Positions 13,081 through 26,424 of a stretch of DNA of 64,000 nucleotides are shown here, piece after piece. The notes below the pieces were generated by a model. It made no database searches. It was given only the letters and a program-made list of their open reading frames with translations, and had not been told where the DNA came from. Where the stretch lies: assembly GCF_963921235.1 (NCBI RefSeq), contig NC_086097.1, positions 205,718,001-205,782,000 of the forward strand, given 5' to 3'. The stretch comes from Mobula hypostoma (taxonomy: Eukaryota). The first letter of the stretch is position 1. Each line of letters opens with the position of its first letter. The translations under genes were made by a program, and so were the position numbers.

Positions 13081-16000
13081 GCATTACAGTTCAACAAAAT
13101 TTTCTGATGTCTAAGGGCAGATACCACACATGTCAGTCCTTCGAATTGCTGCTGTCTACAACTTAAAATGTACTAATTAGTGCTCCCACGTTGCCAATTC
13201 TAATGAAGCATCCTCACCCTGAAAATGGAGTCTGTTTCAATCCCTGAAGGAGAGAAAGATTGTTTCTGTTGTCTATGACTCCATGAGGTTCAATTCCTTG
13301 AAGTTACATTGATCATTATTAGAACAAAAAATGAGGCTACAGAGGAGGCAGCAGGTTGGGAGTAGGATAAAAAGCAGGAGACTAGAACGTCATTGTATCT
13401 ATTCTGCATTGAACAGACCTGTTCAGCAAACCTAATCAGATTTTGCTGTCTCAATTGTAAAAGAGAACACATTTTGATGACCAAAGGCAATTCACTTAAT
13501 TGACAGAAGTGCAAATGAATCATTATCTCATCTGGACAGTGGAAGTGGATGAGATAAAAAGTTGCACCTCCCCCCAGTTGCCAGGTTAAGGAGAATGATT
13601 GCCAAAAATGATAGGCTAGACCTGATAGCCATGAAGCAATCAGTTGCCCTGAACAGATATGTTATTACAAACGTTTTCTTTGCTCTCTCCTCTTAATTTA
13701 AAACACGCTTGACAGTCTAAGAACGTCATATTTAAAACAACGGTCTTTGTTGCTCTGTTACCAGCAGTGCAATCAGGAATTGAAGCAGCAGCAGGCTGTT
13801 CTGCATTTCACCTAAGTGCCATTTCCTGAAAAATAAACCTTTTTCCCTTGATTCACTTTCTACTCAAAAACCTGTTAATCTCTGTTTTAAATGTACACTG
13901 TGACTGATCCTCCACAAATGCTTTGCACAGTGACCTCCAACTGTTTGCTATCCGCTGGGTGAAGACTCTTGATCATTTCTTCAACTATTTAATATAAGCC
14001 TAAAGCAAGTATTCCCAAAGGAGATTATACTTGGCAATGAGGTAAACATTTTGGCTGTTGTGAAGAATCATTGTTTAGAATTATTAATGTGCAGACCCAA
14101 ATCATTTATGTCATTATCCTTAGGCCACAGAATTCCCAAAATATTTAGCCCTTTCAAATACCCAGGTTTACAAAAATATTAGGAGGAGAAAAAGGCCATA
14201 TTTACACAAGAACAGAAAGTTATGTAAGTTTTCCAGGTAGACATACATAAAGTTACTGGAAAAGCAGACTCTGTAGGAAATATCTCTGCAGTTTTACAAA
14301 CGTTTGTAGATACAGAGAGGAAGGTGGAAGGTGGGAAACCTTGCTAAGATGAAGTGCAATCATTGGCTAAGCTGTAATCAGGAAGGGAACCTTTTGTGTC
14401 AAAGGCTAAATGCACTCATCGTCATCATGAAATCTACTCATAGAAATAATACATAATTCTTCTTGGAAAGACTTGGGAATTGATGTCATAAGGACTCTAT
14501 ATACTGTTTATTTAATGCTGTGTCAGTTCTTCCAGATTTTGTTTGTTCACTAAAATGACTTGTCTGCCAGAGAGAACCTATGCCAGTAATGTAGTAAAAT
14601 ACAGCTTTTAAATGAACCTTTAGAGAGTCTCTATCACACTCAGTCATTACATTTTTGGGAATAATCTCTAGCCATCTTCTCCCAAAGGAAACTGTCACGT
14701 GCTGGCAGCATTTACTGGAAATTTGCCATGTACCATTTCTGACATAAGTATATAAGTTGTAAAATTACTACTCAGATGAAATGCAAAGAGGAGCTAGTTC
14801 AAGAAAGCACAATCAAAGCTATTGTTTCTGCCCTTCAGGTAACAATGGGAGATTGTTAAAGCAAAGAAAGGAGCCAAGCAGTTGTCATTCTATAACAATC
14901 TTTGCTCCAAGTTGACCACAGGAACTATTCCTGGGCCCCAGGTCATTCCTTCACTCAGGCAGTGTGCTCCTCACTTTCAAGTGCTGCTAATAACTGTATC
15001 TAATAAATAAAACTTCTCTCATCCTCTTCCTGCATTAGTAGTTCTCTATCACTAGCCTCCTTTTCAAGAACCTTGTTTGGCAGATCCTTGAATCTCTCTC
15101 CTTGTTTCCTCTCTCCTCTCAGTTTCCACAACATAGAAGGGGTCAAAAGCCAATGGCAAACATCATTAGTGGCTGCAGTTATGGTACATTACCTTTCTTT
15201 ATGCTCTTCTATTTTCTGCCCCTGTTGATCTGATCAGGCCTATCTCCAATATCACAGTTCTTTGGTTCACTGGCTGTGTTCCATGATTACATAACCAATT
15301 ATCTTCACTGCAACTTTAAAACTCCCTTTATTGAACCATTAATTTTCCACTTTAGACCAATGGTTTTCCTCACCTACACTTTATCCCTCAGTCAATCTCT
15401 TTCTTACTACAATTAAGCAAATTGTTATTTTAAAAAAATTAGATCCCGGAATAACTTATCCTTAGTAACACTGTACCCTTGAACATCAGCTAGTAGAAAT
15501 GGCTTGGATGGTGCTTAACATAGCCCATACTTCTCATTTGCTCCCTAAGCTTCACGGCCACACTCAAATTTTATCAGTTCATTGGAGCTGGGGGCCTCAT
15601 TCCAGGACAAGAATAGACCACAAACAGCAAATAGGCCTCTAGTGATGAATCCTGATGCCCGGCCAATGAACCTTGATGGCTCATATTGTCAAAAGCGGTT
15701 TTAACTATTTCTAACTGTTTCTGATCATCAGAGTCATTTAAAAACACTCAAAAATTATAAATAATTAAAAAGAAAAACACTCTTCATCCCATCCAAGACA
15801 GTCACCCTATTCAAATCCATATCGCTGGTTACATCTGCTGGCCATTGCTGTTTAAATCTGAGTGGTCAGATGCATGATAAGTAGTAGAGGTGACAGGACT
15901 TCAGAATATATTTGCATATTTCCATGCAAAATATCCAAGAACTGTTTCAGTTCATCAAGTCTACACCATCACAACAGGCTATCCCATTCCCCCAATAATG

Positions 16001-16081
16001 TACATGTAACCAATTCTCTCTTTATTCCCATCAACAACCTACCACCCTCTCAAGATTTCTTCAATCACCTATGATCCAGGT

Positions 16082-17705
16082 CAGGATTTCTCAACTGGAG
16101 TTCCATGAGAGACTGTAATTAAAAAATATAAGCATCATTTTTGAATTTTATGCAACGCGCAATGCTAGAATTCACAGTGGTGGGCAGTGACTGAGTAGCT
16201 CCATTCACAATCTTAGCCCAGTATGGCAGTATGCTGTTGGACCGTGTTTATTTGGTTGAGTCCATTCTCAGTTTTTGATGTGAGATCAGGGAGGCCATTG
16301 ATAATTGGTGAGCACTGTATTGCACGAAGGGGCGGACGGTAGGGTGATTAATGGTGAGGACTGTATTGCACGGAGGGGAGGTTGGTAGGCTGATTAATGG
16401 TGAGCGCTGTATTGTACAGAGGGGAGGATGGTAGGCTGATTAATGGTGAGCGCTATATTGCACGGAGGGGAGGTTGGTAGGCTGATGAGCAGCATGAAGT
16501 GCGTTTTCTGAACATTGAATGGACTCACCCAACTCAACCTTTCCCTCCCGAAATACCTCCCCAAACTTCCCCTTACACACTGCCGAATGACTTATGGGAG
16601 CAAATAAACTCTACCAATGTAGCAGAAAATCGGAGGGAAATTTGCATTCTCAAGATAGTCCAGTGTGGTGATCTTTGAAGAGGAGGAGTGAGATGGAAGA
16701 GGAGGATTCTAGGCCAAGGCCTGTGGACAAATCTGATCACGTTAATGATGAAGAATTACAGTCTTCTGAGTCATTTCACTGCACTAGTGCAACAACAAAC
16801 ACAAAAAATTCTGTCTTTACAATGAAAGCTACTTATCAATGGGTTTTACGTGGACTGTTGATCCAAGTTGTCCTTTACCATTGTGCTTAGACTGTGGCAA
16901 ACAACTTACAAATGTAGCAATGGCTCCAGCAAAATGGAAAAGACACTAAACTACAAATCACAGGCATATGACACAAAGAAGTGCAGACTAATTGAAATGA
17001 CTATTGGAATCTCAAAATAAACAGATTAAATCCTTTGAAAATAAAGTCACCGTCAGTAAAAGGAGTGAGGAAGCAAGTTATTTCGTAGCTTTAAGACCAG
17101 TTTACTAGAATATGTTTAAAATTTGTGTGAAAACCTGGACAAAGAGCACACCAATCCCTAGAAACATACGGAAATCCAGTGGCTTAGCAGTGGAAGAGTT
17201 CTCAACAGGGTGTTTGTGCTGAAAGGTGAATTGCGGGATTACTTTCAAGAAAATAGTAGGCCAGATTTTGCTGAGTACTTTGAAGATGAAGAATGGCTGC
17301 AGAAACTAGCCTACTTAACAGACATTTTTCATCATGTGAACAAGTTAAACAAATCTTGCAAGGCTCTGGAGAAAATATTTTGACTTCAAGTGACAAGATT
17401 CTTGGATTTAAAACGAAACTGAATCTCTGGAAAAAAATCATGTTGCAAAAGGAAATCTTGAAACGTTTCCACTGCTACTTGGGCTTGTGAGTGAGGAAAG
17501 ATATCAGAAAATCTTGAGCCTTATTGAAAACCACCTGGAAGAACTGCAGAGCAAAATTGAACAATATTTTTCCTTCCTTTCAACACAAGTGCACAGCTGA
17601 GTCAGGGACCATTTCTCTGAATCTTTTGTTCAGCCTGAGAACTTTAAAAGAAGAGGGAGAACTTTGTGAGCGTCATTCTGATCATGCACTTAAAATGAGA
17701 TTTAC
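16082..17705 (+). mobile_element. hAT/Charlie-type (ZBED5/FAM200-like) DNA transposon relic
   Basis: Left end CAGGATTTCTCAAC; remnants YNESYLSMGFTW...PLCLDCGKQL, HTEIQWLSSGRVLNRVF, DEEWLQKLAYLTDIF. Internally deleted; the right end is lost at a CR1. Confidence 0.8.
16300..16486. repeat. 46-bp minisatellite, 4 copies
   Basis: Unit GATTAATGGTGAGCGCTGTATTGCACGGAGGGGAGGTTGGTAGGCT starting at 16300, 16346, 16392 and 16438. Confidence 0.92.
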
Positions 17706-18200
17706 TATTCAAATTCTTATATATCCTGTCCCTCATAATACTTCCCAATAACTAATCCACTACTGATGTCAGGCTCACCGGTCTATAATTCCCGACCTTA
17801 TTCTTAGAACCTTTCTTAAACAACAGAACAACATTAACTACCTTCAGATCTCCAGCACCTCACCTATGGCTAAAGATGTATTAAATGTCTCTGTTAGGGC
17901 CACTGAAATTTCTGCACTAGCCTCCCACAGGGTCTGAGGAAACACCTTGTCAGGCCCTGGGTATTTATCCTCCCCAATTTGTTTCAAACGCCTCCTCCTT
18001 TGTAATATGTATATGATCCATGGTCTCATTCCTGCTGTATGCCACTTCTGCATTGTAGACTATGTCCATTTTCCGAGTAAACACAGATGCAAATATCTAT
18101 TTCAGATCTCTCCCATCTCTTTTTGCTTCATGTTTAGATCACCACTCTAACCTTCTAGAGGACCAATTTTGTCCCTTATTCTCCTTTTGCTCTTAATACA
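17706..18200 (-). mobile_element. CR1 LINE internal fragment
   Basis: DKYPGPDKVFPQTLWEASAEI and the NYRPVSLTSV-encoding segment on the minus strand. Confidence 0.8.
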
Positions 18201-19634
18201 TGTTTATATTAACATATTCACCTCCTAGCCCACCACCTGATTAGGATGTGAGAGGAAACAGAGTCACAGGGAGAAGGTCGAAATTCCTTCCCAAGGTTAG
18301 GATTTTACCTGGGCTGTTGGTGCAGTGAGGCAGCAGTTCTGATGGCTGTGTCACTGTGCCTGTATCTGTTCTGGAATCTCATGTCGATTGTATTTCATAC
18401 TTCTGTGTATAAGTACTAGTCAAGAGTCAACAACACAATCTGGGCAAATATATATTAGCAAAAAACAAAATTCCTGACTCGTGTGATGTATGCCCTAAGC
18501 TGGTGGTAGCATATTAACTTGGCATCAATGTTTAACACTGGTGTTATTGGCTGCTTGTTATGCAGATTAAGGCCAAATATTATAAAGCAGTTTTGGCACT
18601 CATTTGTAAACCACTGAAAGAAATGACTTCATTGTTGAGGTTGCCAATGCTCTGTTATTTGAGGAATATAATAAAATTTCCCTTATGAATTCATCTCCCT
18701 CATAATTCGCTGCTCTGCTTGTGAGCTGACAGATGGTGTAGCAGGACTACAGTTTGTGGTTTGTGTTTGTGTATTTGCATGGAGAAAACAGCGCTTCTAC
18801 ATCTGGGCTTGATAAAAGGAAAGTAAAGTCAACAGAAAAATAAAACAATAATCTCACATCGATTATTCCCCCACCCCCAATTAACTCTTATTTTGGCTCA
18901 TAAATGCATAAAAAACGTGTTTAAGCCACAGATATGGAATGGAAAGTCATGGTTGCTAGGCAACTTGATTGCATTCTGAAGGGGCGATAGGGTTCCAGTG
19001 TTTAGAGGAAGGAATAACTAAGCGCCAGTTTTGAACAGGATGATGATAGCAGGGTAGTATTACATAGGATTGATTGTGGTAAGAAGGTGGAGATTAGCCT
19101 GTTCTATGGGGAGATAAATTGTGGGTGATGGGAAGAGACTCCTGGCATGAGAAAGGGATGGAGATCAGTGATTGAAGTTAACATTAACATTATGGTGATC
19201 ATTGGCAGTGGATCAAAGGGGCAATAGCAATAGCGGGTTGAGGACCAAGATCAGCAAATCAATGCTGGCTGTGTTTGTGCAGTTAGACCAAGGGCTAAGA
19301 TAGCCTTCACTTTCCTTGCTAAGAATGAACATTAATGTTACAACATTATGATCATGTTGTCTCCCAAGTGCTAACAATGGTCCTCAACAGATCATGTGGT
19401 CCATGTTGCTCTAAATGCTCCGATAGATTCATACACTATGAAAGACATTAGTACTTGAGTCACCAATGTCAGAGTCACAAGGTGACTCATAGCAGGAAGT
19501 GTTGTTTGAATTTTCCTGATCTGGACATGAATTAATCAGGAAAAAAATCAATTTTCTATCCCCTAGCCCCTAAATACAAAAGCTGTGTGATTATATTCAT
19601 CATCATTAAGTTTTATTTATGTTTTTTATTTTAT

Positions 19635-19925
19635 TGAACTACATCGCAGAGTTGGCCCTTATGGCCCTTCGAGCTGCAACACCCAGCAAACCTCAATTTT
19701 AGTCCTAGTCTGATCATGGGAAAAATTACAATGACTGATTTAACCTACCAATGAACAATTTATCCCATGTCTTTGGACTGTGGGAAGAAACCAGAGTACC
19801 TGGAAGAAACCCACACAGTCACAGGGAAAACATACAAATTCTTTACAGGTGGCAGCAGGAATTGTAGCCAGATCATTGGTACCAGAAAGTGTAGTGCTAA
19901 CCACTGCGCTATCATGCCACCCAAA
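19635..19925 (-). mobile_element. tRNA-derived V-SINE (HE1-like)
   Basis: Minus strand GGTGGCATGATAGCGCAGTGGTTAGCACT head, V-domain-like core GTACTCTGGTTTCTTCCCACAGTCCAAAGAC and a CR1-like tail. Confidence 0.75.
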
Positions 19926-20367
19926 TTGGGTTTGTTTTTGACTTTTCTCCATGCACTGTTATTAGTTAGTTTCACTAGGCTATTCCATTTTAAATGAATT
20001 AGCAGTTCTTTTGTGTATCACGCCCTTTGCTTTTTTTGTAATTCAGCTTAGAGTATCAATAATTTTTTCAACAGTGCAAATAAATCAATTCTAAAACCTG
20101 CAGACAAATTATTGCAAATTCCACGTTGTCAACACCATCCGCATCAGAAACCGGAAAGGGAAGTGTGATTGTGTACGACTGTTAACATTCTAACAAGGTA
20201 GAGGGTGACAACCTTTTTTTGTGGAGCTTAAATTCCTTTGTGCACTAATAGCAAAAGATGAGTGCACGCACATACCTTAGAGGGAACATTGACTAAACAC
20301 TCAAACCGGCCTTAGTCAACTTTGTCCAGCTTCATCTATATGGAACTGGATAAAACCCCCTGCTCAC

Positions 20368-20454
20368 AGGTGTCCAGTATTATCATACTGGATTGGCATA
20401 GGTATCCAGTATTACCATGCCGGATTGGCATAGGTATCCAGTATTATTTGGCAT
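20368..20454. repeat. 32-bp tandem repeat, about 2.7 copies
   Basis: AGGTRTCCAGTATTAYCATRCYGGATTGGCAT at 20368 and 20400, partial copy at 20432. Confidence 0.85.
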
Positions 20455-20668
20455 ACTAGGGCAGGGATTCCTTTTGGAACAAAGTGCCTTTAGTTTTTGG
20501 TTTGTAGGCTGCTTTTTCTGTTTATATTAAATTGCCCATTTTGGGGGCTGTGGAAACATTTTTTCAAGCAAATGCAAAGTCCTAAAGATGCTTTCAGAAG
20601 TACCATATAGTACAGTATAAACAGAGGTTTTCTTTCTCCCAAATTTTGCATGACCTCAGAAACAAAAG

Positions 20669-23600
20669 GAACCATACCATAGAACCATAGAAACTACAGC
20701 ACAGAAACAGGCCTTTTGGCCCTTCTTGGCTGTGCCGAACCATTTTCTGCCTAGTCCCACTGACCTGCACACAGACCATATCCCTCCATACACCTCCCAT
20801 CCATATATCTGTCCAATTTATTCTTAAATGTTAAAAAAGAACCCGCATTTACCACCTCGTCTGGCAGCTCATTCCATACTCCCACCACTCTCTGTGTGAA
20901 GAAGCCCTCCCTAATGTTCCCTTTAAACTTTTCCCCCCTCATCCTTAACTCATGTCCTCTGGTTTTTTTTCTCCCCTTGCCTCAGTGGAAAAAGCCTGCT
21001 TGCATTCACTCTATCAATACCCATCATAATTTTATATACCTCTATCAAATCTCCTCTCATTCTTCTACGCTCCAGGGAATAAAGTCCTAACCTATTCAAC
21101 CTTTCTCTGTAACTGAGTTTCTCAAGTCCCGGCAACATCCTTGTAAACCTTCTCTGCACTCTTTCAACCTTATTTATATCCTTCCTGTAATTTGGTGACC
21201 AAAACTGAACACAATACTCCAGATTCGGCCTCACCAATGCCTTATACAACCTCACCATAACATTCCAACTCTTATACTCAATACTTTGATTTATAAAGGC
21301 CAATGTACCAAAAGCTCTCTTTACAACCCTATCTACCAGTGACGCCACTTTTAGGGAATTTTGTATCTGTATTCCCAGATCCCTCTGTTCCACTGCACTC
21401 CTCAGTGCCTTACCATTAACCCTATATGTTCTACCTTGGTTTGTCCTTCCAACATGCAATACCTCACACTTGTCTGTATTAAACTCCATCCGCCATTTTT
21501 CAGCCCATTTTTTCCAGCTGGTCCAAGTCCCTCTGCAGGCTCCGAAAACCTTCCTCACTGTCTACTATACCTCCAATCTTTGTATCATCAGCAAATTTGC
21601 TGATCCAATTTACCACATTATCATCCAGATCATTGATAAGGAAAAGACTGATAAAGACAAATGTAGGTCCCCTGCAAACAGAAACAGGTGAATTGATTAT
21701 GGGGAGCAAGGACATGGCAGACCAATTGAATAATTACTTTGGTTCTGTCTTCACTAAGGAGGACATAAATAATCTTCCAGAAATAGTAAGGGACAGAGGG
21801 TCCAGTGAGATGGAGGAACTGAGCGAAATACATGTTAGTAGGGAAGTGGTGTTAGGTAAATTGAAGGGATTGAAGGCAGATAAATCCCCAGGGCCAGATG
21901 GTCTGCATCCCAGAGTGCTTAAGGAAGTGGCCCAAGAAATAGTGGATGCATTAGTGATAATTTTTCAAAACTCGTTAGATTCTGGACTAGTTCCTGAGGA
22001 TTGGAGGGTGGCTAATGTAACCCCACTTTTTAAAAAAGGAGGGAGAGAGAAACCGGGGAATTATAGGCCGGTTAGCCTAACGTCGGTGGTGGGGAAACTG
22101 CTGGAGTCAGTTATCAAGGATGTGATAACAGCACATTTGGAAAGCGGTGAAATGATCGGACAAAGTCAGCATGGATTTGTGAAAGGAAAATCATGTCTGA
22201 CGAATCTCATAGAATTTTTTGAGGATGTAACTAGTAGAGTGGATAGGGGAGAACCAGTGGATGTGGTATATTTGGATTTTCAAAAGGCTTTTGACAAGGT
22301 CCCACATAGGAGATTAGTGTGCAAACTTAAAGCACACGGTATTGGGGGTAAGGTATTGGTGTGGGTGGAGAATTGGTTAGCAGACAGGAAGCAAAGAGTG
22401 GGAATAAACGGGACCTTTTCAGAATGGCAGGCGGTGACTAGTGGGGTACCGCAAGGCTCAGTGCTGGGACCCCAGTTGTTTACAATATATATTAATGACT
22501 TGGATGAGGGAATTAAATGCAGCATCTCCAAGTTTGCGGATGACACGAAGCTGGGTGGCAGTGTTAGCAGTGAGGAGGATGCTAAGAGGATGCAGGGTGA
22601 CTTGGATAGGTTGGGTGAGTGGGCAAACTCATGGCAGATGCAATTTAATGTGGATAAATGTGAAGTTATCCACTTTGGTGGCAAAAATAGGAAAACAGAT
22701 TATTATCTGAATGGTGGCCGATTAGGAAAAGGGGAGGTGCAACGAGACCTGGGTGTCATTATACACCAGTCATTGAAAGTGGGCATGCAGGTACAGCAGG
22801 CGGTGAAAAAGGCGAACGGTATGCTGGCATTTATAGCGAGAGGATTCGAGTACAGGAGCAGGGAGGTACTACTGCAGTTGTACAAGGCCTTGGTGAGACC
22901 ACACCTGGAGTATTGTGTGCAGTTTTGGTCCCCTAATCTGAGGAAAGACATCTTTGCCATAGAGGGAGTACAAAGAAGGTTCACCAGATTGATTCCTGGG
23001 ATGGCAGGTCTTTCATATGAAGAAAGACTGGATGAACTGGGCTTGTACTCGTTGGAATTTAGAAGATTGAGGGGGGATCTGATTGAAACGTATAAGATCC
23101 TAAAGGGATTGGACAGGCTAGATGCAGGAAGATTGTTCCCGATGTTGGGGAGGTCTAGAACGAGGGGTCACAGTTTGAGGATAGAGGGGAAGCCTTTTAG
23201 GACCGAGGTTAGGAAAAACTTCTTCACACAGAGAGTGGTGAATCTGTGGAATTCTCTGCCACAGCAAACTGTTGAGGCCAGTTCATTAGCTATGTTTAAA
23301 AGGAAGTTAGATATGGCCCTTGTGGCTACAGGGGTCAGGGGGTATGGAGGGAAGGCTGGGTTCTGAGTTGGATGATCAGCCATGATCATAATAAATGGCG
23401 GTGCAGGCTCGAAGGGCCGAATGGCCTACTCCTGCACCTATTTTCTATGTTTCTATGTTTCTATATAGATGACAAATAACAATGGACCCAGCACTGATCC
23501 CTGTAGCACACCACTAGTCACAGGCCTCTACTCGGAGAAGCAATTCTCTCCTACCACTCTTTGGCTTCTTCCATTGAGCCTATGTCTAATCCAATTTACC

Positions 23601-23925
23601 ACCTCTCCATGTATACCTAGCGACTGAATTTTCCTAATTAACCTCCCATGCGGGACCTTGTCAAAGGCCTTACTGAAGTCCATGTAGACAATATCCACTG
23701 CCTTCCCTTCATCCACTTTCCTGGTAACCTCCTCGAAAAACTCCAATAGATTGGTCAAACATGATCTACCACACACAAAGTCATGTTGACTCTCCCTAAT
23801 AAGTCCCTGTCTATCCAAATGCTTGTAGATTCTGTCTCTTAGTACTCCCTCCAATAACTTACCCACTACCGACGTTAAACTTATTGGCCTATAATTTCCC
23901 GGATTACTTTTCCATCCTTTTTTTA
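20669..23925 (-). mobile_element. CR1 LINE (outer element, 5'-truncated), split into 20669-21638 and 23466-23925
   Basis: RT frames QHDFVCGRSCLTNLLEFFEEV and [20 protein letters not shown] join seamlessly (cattgata|tagatgac) when 21639-23465 is removed; (TTCTATGG)n-type tail at about 20670-20692. Confidence 0.93.
21639..23464 (+). mobile_element. Young CR1 LINE, 5'-truncated, uninterrupted RT ORF, nested inside another CR1
   Basis: Stop-free frame to 23366 (about 575 codons) with QHGFVKGKSCLTNL, YLDFQKAFDKVPH, GVPQGSVLGP and KFADDTK; (TTTCTATG)n tail. No endonuclease domain or ORF1. Confidence 0.95.
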
Positions 23926-24389
23926 AAAAAAATCAAGAAAGGAGAGGAATGGGACAGAGAAAGTTTTGCATTTGTATGTTTCAAAACATTTTATAGAAAT
24001 TAAAATCAATGAAGTTACTAATGCAGTATAAAATATCATCATTCAGTTTAAGTATTGTATGGTGCCAAGCACTGTCACAAAGATAATCTAATAGTAGGTT
24101 GCTTGACAGAAAAACAAGATTCAGTATTTCCCCTGTATTCTTCAAAATAATAAAATAGCATGTTTTATAGTCACATTAGAGGTGAATAGGGGCTCAATTT
24201 AATGGTTCATCAAACAGCACGGTGCCTTCTCAGTACTGCCTTGGCATCCCAACTTGGTTTCTGAGCTCTGGTTCATATAATTTAAATTTTATCAACAGCC
24301 CTCTGACTTAAGAATGAGTTATCATCAAATCAAATCTAATACCTTTCTTCAAAAATCTTTAACCAATTATTAACATATTTTTGATTTTA

Positions 24390-25382
24390 CCATAAGACAT
24401 CAGAGCAAAATTCAGCCTGATCCACCATTTCATCATGACTAATTTATTATCATTCTCAACCCCATTCTCCTGCCTTCTTTCCATAACCTTTGACACCATT
24501 TCTAATCAAGCGCCTATCAGCCTCCACTTTAAATATATCCAATGACTGGGGCTGCACAGCCATCTGCGGCAATGAATTCTACAAATTCCCCACACTCTGG
24601 CTAAAGACATTCCTCCTCATTCCTGTTCTAAATGGATATGGATGTCCTCTATGCTGAGGCTGTGCCCCCTTGTTCAGGACTCACCCACTATAGGAAATAT
24701 CTTCACCACATCCACTCTATGCGGATCTTTCAATATTTGATAGGTTTCAATGAGATTCGCACCCCCCCCCCCATTCTTCTAACTGCCAGTGAGGAACTGC
24801 CCAGGACCATCAAACTCTCAAACTCTTTCATTCCCTGCATCATCTTTATGAACCTCCTCTGGACCCCCTTCAATGCCAGCACATCGTTTCTTAGATAAGG
24901 AGCCCAAAACTGCTTTTAATACTCCAAGTGCAATCTGACCAATGCTTACAAAGCCTCAGCATTACATCCTTGTTCTTATTCTAGTCCTCTCAAAAATGAA
25001 TGATAACATGGCATTTGCCTTCCTTAACACAGACTCAACCTGGAAGTTAAACTTTAGGGAATCACAAGAACTCCCAAGTCCTTTTGAACCTCTGATTTTT
25101 TAATTTTCTTCCTATTTATTCCTTTATTCCTTCTACCAAAGTGCATGACTATACGCTTCCCTACACTGTATTCCATCTGCTACTTCTTTTCCCACTCTCC
25201 TAATCTGTCTATTTCCTTCTGCAGACTCTCTGTTTCCTCAACACTATTTGCCCATCTACCTATTTTCATATCGTCCTCAAACTTAGCTACAAAGCCATCA
25301 ATTTTGCCATTAAGATCATTGAAATATAACATGAAAATAAGTGGTCCCAACACCAACCCCTGTGGAACACCACTAGTCACAG
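24390..25382 (-). mobile_element. CR1 LINE 3' fragment, degenerate
   Basis: VTSGVPQGLVLGPLIFMLYFNDL...KFEDDMKIG through to the 3' tail near 24390. Confidence 0.85.
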
Positions 25383-25455
25383 TATTTTCTATATACATGC
25401 AAAACAATGAAGCAACCAAACACTTAAGTACTTTCACAATCTGCTTTTCAATCTT

Positions 25456-25855
25456 GCTACACACATCAAAGTTGCTGGTGAATGCAGCAGGCCAGGCAGC
25501 ATCTCCAGGAACAGGTACAGCCGAAGCTTCGGGCCGAAACCCTTCGGCGTCAGGACTAACTGAAGGAAGAGTTAGTAAGAGATTTGAAAGTGGGAGGGGG
25601 AGGGGGAGATCCAAAATGATAGGAGAAGACAGAAGGGGGAGGGATGGAGCCAAGAGCTGGGCAGTTGATTGGCAAAGGGGATATGAGAGGATCATGGGAC
25701 AAGAGGCCCAGGGAGAAAGAAAAGGGGGACGGGGGGGGGGAACCCAAAGGATGGGCAAGGGGTATAGTGAGAGGGACAGAGGGAGAAAAAGGAGAGAGAG
25801 AGAGAATCTGTCCCTCTCACTATACCCCTTGCCCTCCCCCTCCTTTTCTTTCCTT
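25456..25855 (-). mobile_element. Penelope-like element terminal (pseudo-LTR/3'UTR) fragment
   Basis: Highly similar to 56155-56505 (acacacatcaaagttgctggtgaa...caggactaactgaaggaaga...); ends in an inverted duplication. Confidence 0.8.
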
Positions 25856-26424
25856 AGTTTAATTTATGCACAGAGGCAGAACTCACTGGGTGGAAGAGAT
25901 AGAGGCAGGATACAGACTGTGTAAAGGAATGCAACCACTTAGCTTCATATAGCAGAAATGTACTTTACGTCTGACTATTCTCTTTGAAAAATTGTCAGCC
26001 AACACAAATGCATCAGTCCAAAAGTAGTGACATCGAAAATCAAGGGAAGACAAATCTAAATGTGTGTTTAATTAATGGATCAGGCTGTGGGGTATGTAAA
26101 TATGTAACATAAATATATGACATATGCACCCATGTACAGTGTAATTGATGACAGTGGTGTAAACAAGATGCATATGTTTTAGCAGTTTTCCACATCTCTT
26201 AATGATTGATTATATTACTGGCACCACATGTCATTTGAAAAATAATCCACACATAATTTATAAATTGGTGATTAGGATGTTAGAAGCACATGTGTGAAGA
26301 AAAAATGGTGGTCTTTATGTCAAGGATGAAGATTTATCTGCAAGCTGAAAGCACTAGTAATCACAGTGGCAGATTGAGGTGCTGACAGTGCTGTTGAGGA
26401 GAGAACAGCTAGTCCTGAATGTGA

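Noticed and set aside
16300..16486. CRISPR-like array
   Set aside because: Units are contiguous with no unique spacers, and the context is eukaryotic. The same applies to 20368-20454.
19890..19925. tRNA gene
   Set aside because: Only a degenerate tRNA-like head attached to a SINE body; no cloverleaf.
20130..20291. DNA transposon end (TAGAGGGAACATTG)
   Set aside because: Resembles a TIR, but no partner TIR or TSD was found.
21597..23366. 589-aa ORF as a host gene or autonomous retrotransposon gene
   Set aside because: It is a 5'-truncated CR1 ORF2 without endonuclease, and its non-ATG start lies in the antisense strand of the outer CR1.
25145..25924. 259-aa and 192-aa overlapping ORFs
   Set aside because: They span antisense CR1, spacer and low-complexity Penelope UTR; no coherent domain.
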